From contig JBOFUV010000091.1 of NCBI GenBank assembly GCA_051652765.1, forward strand, positions 1 through 15,076: DNA of 15,076 nucleotides, written 5' to 3'. Under the pieces are notes generated by a model. It made no database searches and was not told where the DNA came from. It worked only from the letters and a program-made list of their open reading frames with translations. Shown piece by piece: positions 1 to 7,657 of this stretch. This DNA is from Microcoleaceae cyanobacterium. Its GTDB lineage: Bacteria > Cyanobacteriota > Cyanobacteriia > Cyanobacteriales > Microcoleaceae. Position numbers and translations under genes: made by a program. Position 1 is the stretch's first letter. The number at the start of each line of letters is the position of its first letter.

Positions 1-1
1 C

Positions 2-496
2 CAGGGAGCGGCTGATGTCGAAAAATGGGCTAAGGGTTTAGTGGCGAACTTTGCCAGACCCCCAGAAGGCAATGACACCAGTCAGATTCAAGCCGTTGCC
101 GCTGGAATTGGGGATGTAGCCCTGGTTAATACCTACTACCTAGCTCGACTAGCCAGTTCTAGTAAGCCTGAGGAGAAGGCGATCGCGAGTAAAGTTGGGA
201 TGTTTTTCCCGAACCAGCGCCAACGAGGAACCCATATTAATATCAGTGGGGCAGGAGTTGCCAAAAATGCACCCAACAAGGCAGGAGCCATTCAACTGTT
301 AGAATTTTTCGTCACTCCTGAAGCTCAGAAACTCTTTGCTGAAGGCAACTTTGAATATCCAGTGGTATCCAGTGTTCCTCCTGCGAGTGTCGTCGCACAA
401 TTTGGAACCTTCAAAAGTGATGCTGTGAATGTCACTAGCTTTGGCAAGCGCAATGCCGAGGCGATTAAGCTGATGGATCGATCAGGCTGGAAATAA
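2..496 (+). CDS. futA: Fe(III) ABC transporter substrate-binding protein (FutA/IdiA family), 5'-truncated by window edge
   Basis: Frame is open from base 2 (QGAADVEKWAKGLVANFARPPEGNDT..). Family motifs GNDTSQI, NTYY (iron-liganding tyrosines), FPNQ..RGTHINISGAGV, NFEYP, C-terminal MDRSGWK. Confidence 0.93.
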   Translation, partial: QGAADVEKWAKGLVANFARPPEGNDTSQIQAVAAGIGDVALVNTYYLARLASSSKPEEKAIASKVGMFFPNQRQRGTHINISGAGVAKNAPNKAGAIQLLEFFVTPEAQKLFAEGNFEYPVVSSVPPASVVAQFGTFKSDAVNVTSFGKRNAEAIKLMDRSGWK

Positions 497-540
497 TCAG
501 TCTACTGAGGGAATAACTGTTCGAGTCCAGAAAAGTCAAG

Positions 541-592
541 AAAAAAGTGTGCGGGTATTTTGTTCAGAGTCAAGACACCCGCACTATCTTTT
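541..592. terminator. Probable bidirectional intrinsic terminator between convergent futA and small ORF
   Basis: GTGCGGGT (549-556) pairs with ACCCGCAC (577-584), with imperfect inner extension; A6 run on the left (U tract for - strand) and TATCTTTT on the right. Confidence 0.65.
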
Positions 593-612
593 AGATAACG
601 ATTAGATAACGA
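591..612. repeat. 11-bp perfect tandem duplication
   Basis: TTAGATAACGA x2 (591-601, 602-612). Confidence 0.9.
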
Positions 613-665
613 TTTCACAGATTGATGACAGTTTAAACCAGCTTGGAAAAAAGCCGACAAATGTC

Positions 666-827
666 TTAGCCTGCTTCTTGAGAAGCGAGGCGGGTAGTTT
701 GAGCGACTTCAACAGTCGCCAGACTTAACTTTTGGCGCTGACTAGCAGCCACAATGGCAGGAACCAAAAAACAGACCATACCATTGAACAGGGCCAACAA
801 GAGGCCATAAATCCACCCGGTTTCCAT
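666..827 (-). CDS. Small (53 aa) single-pass membrane protein, unknown function
   Basis: ATG at 827 is preceded by GGAGAATTTGTG (SD-like GGAGA). Product METGWIYGLLLALFNGMVCFLVPAIVAA.. has one hydrophobic helix; a terminator follows. The longer start at 890 is less likely. Confidence 0.65.
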   Translation of the reverse strand: METGWIYGLLLALFNGMVCFLVPAIVAASQRQKLSLATVEVAQTTRLASQEAG

Positions 828-929
828 CACAAATTCTCCATTTGCAAACATTGTTTTATAAGCGTTATGTAATTCAATATATTGTTGCAAATCTTCCTGG
901 ATTTTGCTAGTACCGTAGGTTTGAATGTT

Positions 930-944
930 TGATAATGAGGATAA
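930..944. promoter_or_regulatory. Possible Fur-like box
   Basis: TGATAATGAGGATAA matches the 7-1-7 consensus TGATAATnATTATCA at 11 of 14 positions; about 100 bp upstream of the small ORF. AT-rich context raises the chance of a false positive. Confidence 0.3.
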
Positions 945-1039
945 GACTACCCAATAAATAGACTAGCCAAAATCTGAAACCCTGCTGCCAAACGGGTTCC
1001 GAAATTATGAACAAATTTATTAATTAAGTTGGAGTTATA

Positions 1040-1906
1040 TTACGCTGCCTTTAAGAACTCTTTCAAGACAACCTGGTATTGATCTCCTCCAACTTGAGCA
1101 ACGTTATTATGTCCAGCCCCTGGAATAATCAGTAATTGCTTGGGGTCTGAGGAAGCAGCAAATAATTCCTGGCTCATTTGGATTGGAATGACTTGATCTT
1201 CAGTTCCGTGGGTGAAGAGCGTTGGCATTTCTAAATAGGGAACTTTTGCAATTGAATCAAACCGTTGCGTTAATAGAAAATCAATCGGAAACATCCAGTA
1301 TTTTCTCTGAAAATCAATCATATTCCGAATAGACGTAAAGGAACATTCAACAATTAAACCAGCAATTTCAGGATGTTGAGTTGCCAACTGAATTGCGATC
1401 GCTCCCCCTAAAGAATGACCAAAAATGAATATTTTTTGGGGATTGACTTGACGCTCTTGTATTAAATAATTCCAAGCGATTTCTACATCTTGATAAACGC
1501 TGTTCTCTGTAGGAAACCGCTTTGTACTAAGACCATAGCCGCGATAGTCTACTAACAATACTGACAATCCAAGTTGATGAAACAATTGAGCATAGTCAAG
1601 ATTTGCCGCAATATTGCTACGGTTACCATGGAAATCCAAAATAACTCGCTCATCCGTTGTAGACGCTGAAGGAATCCACCAGCAGTGAATCGTTTCCACT
1701 TGACCTGATTTCAGGTTTACAGGTAGCCAAACATCCTGATAGGGTAGGTTCAATTCATTGGGAGTCCGCTTGATATCTCGGGAGGGAAAAAAGATCAAGC
1801 GATTCTGTCCAAACCGCAAGACAAGGCAGACTAGAAGATAAAGACTCGCGAGTAGTTCGCTCAGAATTAAGCCCAGATGCCCCCAAACAGAAAAACTTTC
1901 AGCCAT
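1040..1906 (-). CDS. Alpha/beta hydrolase (ABHD13/17-like) with N-terminal membrane anchor
   Basis: FHGNRSNI, VDYRGYGLS, nucleophile elbow GHSLGG, HGTEDQVIP (Asp), GAGHNN (His). Start either 1906 (MAESF) or 1948. Confidence 0.9.
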   Translation of the reverse strand: MAESFSVWGHLGLILSELLASLYLLVCLVLRFGQNRLIFFPSRDIKRTPNELNLPYQDVWLPVNLKSGQVETIHCWWIPSASTTDERVILDFHGNRSNIAANLDYAQLFHQLGLSVLLVDYRGYGLSTKRFPTENSVYQDVEIAWNYLIQERQVNPQKIFIFGHSLGGAIAIQLATQHPEIAGLIVECSFTSIRNMIDFQRKYWMFPIDFLLTQRFDSIAKVPYLEMPTLFTHGTEDQVIPIQMSQELFAASSDPKQLLIIPGAGHNNVAQVGGDQYQVVLKEFLKAA

Positions 1907-2137
1907 TAAAGTTACAGTACTGAATATAATTATTAAGTCGCTTACCATTGTAATCCTGAAATTCTAATCAAACTGGAGCTTAAGGTCAATTTGTGACTCT
2001 GGGCGCTCTGTACTTCCTCGCAAAATTCACAACAAGATTTAGCTCAAAATAAACAAGGGTTGAGAACAATGCCTTAATACCCTAGGGAATGTACTGGTGT
2101 GAGAAACGCCATCGATATTGATTTAGGTTCAAAGTCT

Positions 2138-2869
2138 ATGAATCCCAATCCGGACAGTTTAAAAGATTCTCAGCCCTCCCTGAACCGACCCCACACAACC
2201 GTGATCTTGGCCATGAGTGCAGATGGCAAGATTGCAGATAAGGGGCGATCGCCAGCTCGATTTGGCTCTGCCGTTGACAAAGCTCATCTGGAAAAACAAA
2301 TTGCCCGAATGGATGGGGTATTATTCGGGCGGGGAACCCTAGATGCTTACGGTTCAACTTTACGGGTGACCAGTGCAGAACTGTTACGCCAGCGTCAACA
2401 GGAGAACCGACCCGCCCAACCGATTCAGATCTTATGTTCCCAGTCCGGTCAAATTAACTTTGACTGTCAGTTTTTTCAGCAACCTATACCCCGTTGGTGG
2501 TTAACGACCCCTCAAGGGCTAGCAACTCCAGCGATGCCAATGGTCAAGTTACAGACCTATTTCGAACAGATTCTCACTGTGAAACCCTTTGGTCAGGGAA
2601 TTAACTGGCTGGAAGCCTTGGGACGATTGTTGGAACTTGGCCTAGAGCGTTTAGCAGTTCTGGGAGGAGGACAATTGGTGAGTTCCCTGGCTGAACAAGG
2701 CTTAATTGATGAACTGTGGCTAACCGTCTGTCCGGTGATTTTAGGGGGAGTTGAGGCTCCGACCCCGGTTGAGGGGGAAGGATTTCTGGCCCATGTTGCC
2801 CCCCGACTGAAACTCCTAGAGGTCAGACAAGTTGATCAGGAGGTTTTCTTGCACTATCAAGTTCTCTAA
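2138..2869 (+). CDS. Stand-alone RibD C-terminal / DHFR-like pyrimidine reductase family protein
   Basis: VILAMSADGKI, DGVLFGRGT, LGGGQL, LIDELWLTVCPVILGG..APT motifs; no deaminase domain. Start 2138 (ATG) or 2099 (GTG). Confidence 0.88.
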   Translation: MNPNPDSLKDSQPSLNRPHTTVILAMSADGKIADKGRSPARFGSAVDKAHLEKQIARMDGVLFGRGTLDAYGSTLRVTSAELLRQRQQENRPAQPIQILCSQSGQINFDCQFFQQPIPRWWLTTPQGLATPAMPMVKLQTYFEQILTVKPFGQGINWLEALGRLLELGLERLAVLGGGQLVSSLAEQGLIDELWLTVCPVILGGVEAPTPVEGEGFLAHVAPRLKLLEVRQVDQEVFLHYQVL

Positions 2870-2924
2870 AAATTTCTCGAGAAAAAGGGCCTTAGTTTGT
2901 CAGACAATGACCAACGAAGGGGTT

Positions 2925-3452
2925 TTATTGCTTGACTGAACCGTCTGGCATCGTTGCGCCTTTAAAGTCAGATCCGTCCAGTGTTGCCCCCTCTAAACTG
3001 GCGGCGTTCAGATCAGCGTCTGTAAATTTAGCCTGGGTGAGCTTGGCATTGGTTAACTTTGCACCCCGCAAAAAGGCTCCCGTGAGATTTGCTCCCTCTA
3101 GATTGGCATTGGTAAAGTTAGCATTGGTCAGGGCTGCTGTTGTTAGATTGGCCTGACTCAAGTCTGCGCCACTGAAGTCAACACCATCCAGTAATGCTGA
3201 GGTTAAGTTGGTTCCTTTGAGGTTGGCTTCTCTTAAAATCGAGCCATTTAACTTAACCTCAGTCAAATCTTTTCCAGAAAGATCTTGTTGACTTAAATCA
3301 CATTCAAAACATTCTTTGGTCTCTAACCATTGAGCCTGAGATGATTGAGTTTCTTGAGCTTGCTGTTGGGGGGTTTGTCTGGCACACCCAGAGCTAACTG
3401 TCATTAAAGCAATCATTAGAACCAATACTGTGACTAATCTCAACCGTTTCAT
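2925..3452 (-). CDS. Pentapeptide-repeat protein, probable lipoprotein
   Basis: Signal peptide ending in lipobox-like SSGC; CxxC (ECFEC) cap; A(D/N)Lxx repeats; C-terminal GATMPDG. Confidence 0.92.
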   Translation of the reverse strand: MKRLRLVTVLVLMIALMTVSSGCARQTPQQQAQETQSSQAQWLETKECFECDLSQQDLSGKDLTEVKLNGSILREANLKGTNLTSALLDGVDFSGADLSQANLTTAALTNANFTNANLEGANLTGAFLRGAKLTNAKLTQAKFTDADLNAASLEGATLDGSDFKGATMPDGSVKQ

Positions 3453-3460
3453 TTTGCAAG

Positions 3461-3510
3461 CTTAAAATTGAATACTTAAAATTGAACACTTAAAATTGAA
3501 TACTCAAAAT
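3461..3510. repeat. 14-bp tandem repeat (3 copies plus partial), STRR-like
   Basis: CTTAAAATTGAATA / CTTAAAATTGAACA / CTTAAAATTGAATA / CTCAAAAT, ending 8 bp upstream of the pentapeptide gene start. Confidence 0.92.
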
Positions 3511-3553
3511 CAAAAACTAGAACCAAAAGCCAAGAACTCTATTCTCAAACCGA

Positions 3554-5002
3554 CTATAACCAGTATCGTCGCCAATGAAAGAAATTTTCAATCCAATCAA
3601 ACAGAACGGTATTCTTTTGATGACGATGCTGTAACTCAGCCTGGGTAGTTTGGCCAATAATTTCTGAGAAGGTTAGCCAAGGTTGAGGCAGTTCAGCGAT
3701 CGCCTCTGAGCTAAGATTCTGACGAATTGCCAAAGCCAAACTGTTGATCATTTCACTGGATTGAGCACCCACAACCGTTGCCCCTAAAAGCTTACCATTT
3801 TGATGCCCGATCAATTTGAGAAATCCTGTTGTTTCTCCTTGCAGCAACGCTCTAGGCAGGGTCTTAAAATACTCTCGATGCACCCAGACCTGATTTCCAT
3901 AGCGATGTTCAGCCTGTTGTTCGGTCAGTCCTACGCGGGCAAGTTGAGGATTAGAGAAAATGGCCCAAGGAATTCCTCGATAGCAAACTCTAAACCTTGG
4001 CCAATACAGAGCATTTTTCAGGGCAATTTTAGCTTCGTAGTTGGCAAGATGAACAAAAGAATAGCCTCCCAGGACTGCACCACAGGCATAAATACGGGGG
4101 TTGGTCGTCTGCAATTTTGAATTGACCGGAAGCTGATTTTTCATGATTTCAACCCCTACAGCTTCAAGATTAAACTGACTTAACTGAGGACGTTGCCCAG
4201 TTGCCAATAAAATCTCATCAACTTCAATCGCCTTATTTCTAACCTGTAACCATTTCTGCTTTTGAATGATCTGGGCTTGAATGACCTCAGTTCGAGTCAA
4301 GATCTGAATTCCTTCGGCTTCGAGCTGAGCTTGGATCAGGTGAGCGGCCTCTGGATCTTCCTGGGCCAGAATTTGAGGACTTTGAACGGCAATTGTGACT
4401 TGTGATCCAAGCTGAGCAAACACTTGAGCCAGTTCAATGCCCCCCGGATCACCCCCGACTACAACCAACTTTTGGGGAAGCTGATACAACTTGCCAATTG
4501 TTTGGGGAGTCAGAAATCCAGTCAGGGACAGGCCAGGAATCTCAGGAACTCTGGGTTGTCCTGCCATTGCGAGTAAGTAGGTGCGCGATCGCAGGATGCG
4601 TTGATTGACCCTAAATCTGAGTCCCGGCTTGCTGATAAATTCTCCCTGACCCATAATCACATCGACCCCCTGAGTCGCCAACCGCCCCAGAGAATAGGAC
4701 TCTACCGCGTTTGCAGTGACTTGTGTCGCCCAATATTGCAGATTATCCCAAGCAATTGGTTCCTTGAGGCCCGAGGCGAACACCTCAGAAAGTCCTAGGG
4801 TTTGTACTTGTTTAGCCTGTCGAAGGATTTGACTGACAATGACTAACGCTTGACGATAGAGATCCCCTTGGATCTGACCGATCGGATCTTGAGGAGGCTG
4901 AGGCTCAACTAGGGCAACCCGCGCTTGCATTTGAGCCGCTGTTGCTGCCGCATATCGACCGGTCAGACTTCCACCCACAATCACAACATCATAATCCAGC
5001 AT
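3554..5002 (-). CDS. Pyridine nucleotide-disulfide oxidoreductase homologue (Lpd/MerA fold) with degenerate catalytic motifs
   Basis: YDVVIVGG start, P..PEIPGL, LPQKLVVVGG, DEILLATG..P, TTNPRIYACG, IPWAIFSNPQLARVGLTE and a dimerisation domain; no CxxxxC redox centre. Confidence 0.85.
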   Translation of the reverse strand: MLDYDVVIVGGSLTGRYAAATAAQMQARVALVEPQPPQDPIGQIQGDLYRQALVIVSQILRQAKQVQTLGLSEVFASGLKEPIAWDNLQYWATQVTANAVESYSLGRLATQGVDVIMGQGEFISKPGLRFRVNQRILRSRTYLLAMAGQPRVPEIPGLSLTGFLTPQTIGKLYQLPQKLVVVGGDPGGIELAQVFAQLGSQVTIAVQSPQILAQEDPEAAHLIQAQLEAEGIQILTRTEVIQAQIIQKQKWLQVRNKAIEVDEILLATGQRPQLSQFNLEAVGVEIMKNQLPVNSKLQTTNPRIYACGAVLGGYSFVHLANYEAKIALKNALYWPRFRVCYRGIPWAIFSNPQLARVGLTEQQAEHRYGNQVWVHREYFKTLPRALLQGETTGFLKLIGHQNGKLLGATVVGAQSSEMINSLALAIRQNLSSEAIAELPQPWLTFSEIIGQTTQAELQHRHQKNTVLFDWIENFFHWRRYWL

Positions 5003-5022
5003 GAAATAGGCAACAGATTACA

Positions 5023-5040
5023 GGGAACGGGGAACAGGAA
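5023..5040. repeat. Short heptamer repeat (STRR-like)
   Basis: GGGAACG GGGAACA GGAA in the gap between cobD and the oxidoreductase gene. Confidence 0.5.
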
Positions 5041-5085
5041 ATTCAAAGTTTGGTCTGTAAAGGCTGGCTTGTGCCGCTCTGGATT

Positions 5086-6204
5086 CTAACTCTTCTCTAA
5101 AACATCTGCGATCGCATCGAGTAACTTTTGGTTATCTGCTTCAGTTCGAACTGCAACCCGGAAATAGTGTTCACCCAGTTCTGGAAAACTCAGACAGTCT
5201 CGAATTAAAACGTGATGGTTTTGCAACAGTTCCGCCTGCAATGGAGAAACAGGCTTTTGTGAGTACACGAGGACAAAATTGACAGTCGTGCCATAGGGAT
5301 AGAGACTCGGAAATTGAGCCAAGCCTTTTTGTAGCTGAGGACGGGCTACTTCTAGCCAATCCCAGGTTTTTTGCTGAAATGTCTGATCTTGCAGAACGGC
5401 CACTCCCGCCGCCGCCGCCAAGGTATTGATGGGCCAGGGATCACGCCACTTCTGCCACCGTCGAATCCGATCGGGATGGGTAATCACATAGCCCAGTCTC
5501 AATCCAGGAATGCTATAAAACTTCGTCAGAGAGCGCAGGATCACCAAGTTCTCAAACTCGGTGACCATACTCACCAGGCTCTCGTGTTCTTCAGGGGGCA
5601 GGAAATCCATGAATGCTTCATCAATGACCACTAAAGCAAACTGTTTCAGGTAGGGACACAGAGCATCTCGTGACAACAGCCATCCTGTGGGATTGTGAGG
5701 ATTGTTTAAAAGTACCCCCATATCAAACAAGGGATGAAAACAAAGCCCTTCAATCGTTGTCTCAATCCGGGCTCCCTGATCCCTTAGCATCCCCGATTCA
5801 AAACAGCCAATTGGGCAGTCAACGACCTTGGCTCCAAATGCCCTGAGCGATCGCCGATAGTCTCCAAAGGCAGGAGTCAAAAGATTCACCGCCTCTAGCT
5901 GAGCCAGTTCCCGGCCAATCCAAGTCAGCAACTCAGCCGCGCCATTCCCTGGCAGAATCCAATCTTCGTTCAAGGGAGAGTGAGCTTGAGCTAAGGCTTG
6001 CCGGAGTTCTTGGTATTCTGGATCGGGGTAAACCTTTAACTGATGGAGATTAGCCTTAATTGCTGTAATGACAGACTTGGGAGGGCCAAGGGGATTAATA
6101 CTAGCAGAAAAGTCTAAAATATCAGTGGCTGAGCAACCTGCAACCGAGGCTGCCCAAGCTAGATTTCCACCATGGCGGGGCCTGACAAAGGGTTTTGCCG
6201 ACAC
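5086..6204 (-). CDS. cobD: L-threonine-O-3-phosphate decarboxylase CobD (PLP-dependent, cobamide biosynthesis)
   Basis: HGGN, DFSASINPLG, GNGAAEL, NNPHNPTG, VIDEAFMDF, LRSLTKFYSIPGLRLGY (PLP lysine), LIRDC.SF..L..YFRVAVR. GTG start. Confidence 0.9.
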   Translation of the reverse strand: MSAKPFVRPRHGGNLAWAASVAGCSATDILDFSASINPLGPPKSVITAIKANLHQLKVYPDPEYQELRQALAQAHSPLNEDWILPGNGAAELLTWIGRELAQLEAVNLLTPAFGDYRRSLRAFGAKVVDCPIGCFESGMLRDQGARIETTIEGLCFHPLFDMGVLLNNPHNPTGWLLSRDALCPYLKQFALVVIDEAFMDFLPPEEHESLVSMVTEFENLVILRSLTKFYSIPGLRLGYVITHPDRIRRWQKWRDPWPINTLAAAAGVAVLQDQTFQQKTWDWLEVARPQLQKGLAQFPSLYPYGTTVNFVLVYSQKPVSPLQAELLQNHHVLIRDCLSFPELGEHYFRVAVRTEADNQKLLDAIADVLEKS

Positions 6205-6206
6205 TG

Positions 6207-6497
6207 TTAACCTTCAGCCTTTTCAGGGGCGACTTTCTCCTTGAAGGACTTTCCGGCTGAGAAAGCTGGAACCCGCGTGGCTGCAATTTCCATTTTTTCG
6301 CCAGTTTTAGGGTTACGGCCCTCACGAGCTTTGCGCTCACGAGACTCAAAGGAACCAAATCCCACTAGAGTCACTTTGTCGCTGTTAGAGACTGCCTCCA
6401 TGATGGTCTCCAAAGTTGCTGAAAGGACAGCATCTGCCTGTTTCTTGGTGACGCTCGCCTTTTCAGAAACGGCATCTACTAATTCTCCTTTGTTCAT
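6207..6497 (-). CDS. hup: DNA-binding protein HU
   Basis: MNKGELVDAV.., VTLVGFGSF, RKAREGRNPKTGE, VPAFSAGK. Start 6497 (alternative 6506). Confidence 0.97.
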   Translation of the reverse strand: MNKGELVDAVSEKASVTKKQADAVLSATLETIMEAVSNSDKVTLVGFGSFESRERKAREGRNPKTGEKMEIAATRVPAFSAGKSFKEKVAPEKAEG

Positions 6498-6681
6498 CGC
6501 ATTCATGCTCCATAGCGTTACAGTAACGGTTTAGAGAACATTTGAGGGAGTCCTTGCGGCCATCTTCCCTAAAGATACTTCCTAAACCAACAGGAAGTTG
6601 TATCTACTTTCAGTGCTCATTAAATCCAAAATACCATGTTGGATCGCCGTAGCCTTGATATAGCGCAACTTACACTGCACT

Positions 6682-6687
6682 ATTCTA
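6682..6687 (-). promoter_or_regulatory. Candidate -10 element for hup
   Basis: TAGAAT on the - strand with an AT-rich upstream tract, about 185 bp before the start codon. Confidence 0.3.
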
Positions 6688-6844
6688 ATAGTTTTAACGT
6701 GAATTTGGAAGAATTAAACCTTTAAATTTATTATGGAACGCTGTATCACAAAGCAAATACCATCCACCCTAGACTTTAGATTTGGATTTTGCGGATTGTC
6801 AAGGCAACTAACCTCTTGGATTGAGGCATTTTAGCAATCCGCTT

Positions 6845-6887
6845 GACTCAAGATACAGAAAGGCGTTGAATCCAACGCCTCTGAGTC
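6845..6887 (-). terminator. Hairpin downstream of grxD, probable terminator
   Basis: Perfect 8-bp stem AGGCGTTG/CAACGCCT (6861-6880) with 4-nt loop, followed on the - strand by TTCTGTATCTT; outer GACTCA/TGAGTC pair. Confidence 0.65.
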
Positions 6888-6914
6888 TGAGATCAACTTC
6901 CATTGATGGGTTTT

Positions 6915-7238
6915 CTAGGAAGCCATGGCAACTTCTAGCATCTGTTGCAATTCACCTTTTTGATACATTTCGATCAGCACATCTGATCCCCCAACAAACT
7001 CACCATTCACATAAACTTGGGGAATCGTGGGCCAGCTAGAATATTCCTTGACTCCCTGACGAACCGCCTCGTCTTCAAGAATATCAAAAGTTTCGAAGGG
7101 AATTCCGAGACTATTTAAGATTTGCACGACATTATTGGAAAAGCCACACATTGGCATTAACTTATTGCCCTTCATAAATACAAACACTTTACTCTGGGCC
7201 ACTAAGTCATCAATTTTTTGCTTGGTTTCTGGGGTCAT
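6915..7238 (-). CDS. grxD: Monothiol CGFS glutaredoxin (Grx4 family)
   Basis: VFMKG..PMCGFS, WPTIPQVYVNGEFVGGSD. Start MTPET at 7238 after GAAGG. Confidence 0.96.
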   Translation of the reverse strand: MTPETKQKIDDLVAQSKVFVFMKGNKLMPMCGFSNNVVQILNSLGIPFETFDILEDEAVRQGVKEYSSWPTIPQVYVNGEFVGGSDVLIEMYQKGELQQMLEVAMAS

Positions 7239-7334
7239 CTTTTTACCTTCAGATCGGTGTACAAACTCTAACAATGCAACCTTGAAATCTCAAAACAAGG
7301 AGATTTTCAACACTTTTCTGGACATTGACGGGCA

Positions 7335-7592
7335 CTATGCAACTGGGCTTACCTTTTCCCAATCAGCAGGTGTAAATGTTTTCAACGCCAGAGCATGAAT
7401 TTCCTCTGTTGCCATTTTGGCTTGAACTGCCTTGTAAACCATCTGATGCTGCTTGACCAGGGTTTTTCCTTCAAATTGAGCTGAGACCACCACCGCCTGA
7501 AGATGATCCCCACCACCCAGATCATTGACCTGAACATGGGCATCAGGCAATTCAGATCTGATCATTGATTCAACTTCCGTTAGGGAAACCAT
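7335..7592 (-). CDS. bolA: BolA family protein
   Basis: [38 protein letters not shown] upstream; adjacent to a CGFS glutaredoxin. Confidence 0.95.
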   Translation of the reverse strand: MVSLTEVESMIRSELPDAHVQVNDLGGGDHLQAVVVSAQFEGKTLVKQHQMVYKAVQAKMATEEIHALALKTFTPADWEKVSPVA

Positions 7593-7657
7593 GTATCCTC
7601 CCTCTGCAATTAAGGTTTAACTCAAATATTGTAAATGAATCACCCTAGACTCAACTA

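Noticed and set aside
2873..2884. Palindrome TTTCTCGAGAAA between convergent genes
   Set aside because: Too short and AT-rich to call a terminator or operator.
2932..3156. 74-aa ORF antisense to the pentapeptide gene
   Set aside because: Its periodicity simply mirrors the pentapeptide codons.
3461..3510. Possible CRISPR array or iterons
   Set aside because: Units are 14 bp, contiguous and lack spacers; no cas or rep gene nearby.
3554..5002. Call as merA, lpdA or gor
   Set aside because: No redox-active cysteine pair, no HPTxxE, no C-terminal CC, no mer genes nearby.
3800..5634. Short ORFs overlapping the oxidoreductase and cobD genes
   Set aside because: All lie inside well-supported genes and show no motifs.
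5086..6204. Call as hisC
   Set aside because: HGGN/DFSASINPLG start, DEAFMDF and SLTKFY fit CobD better.
6241..6534. 97-aa ORF antisense to hup
   Set aside because: Shadow of a conserved gene with biased codons; no recognisable protein features.
6507..6914. oriC or tRNA in the large intergenic gap
   Set aside because: No DnaA-box cluster and no tRNA cloverleaf or T-loop motif seen.
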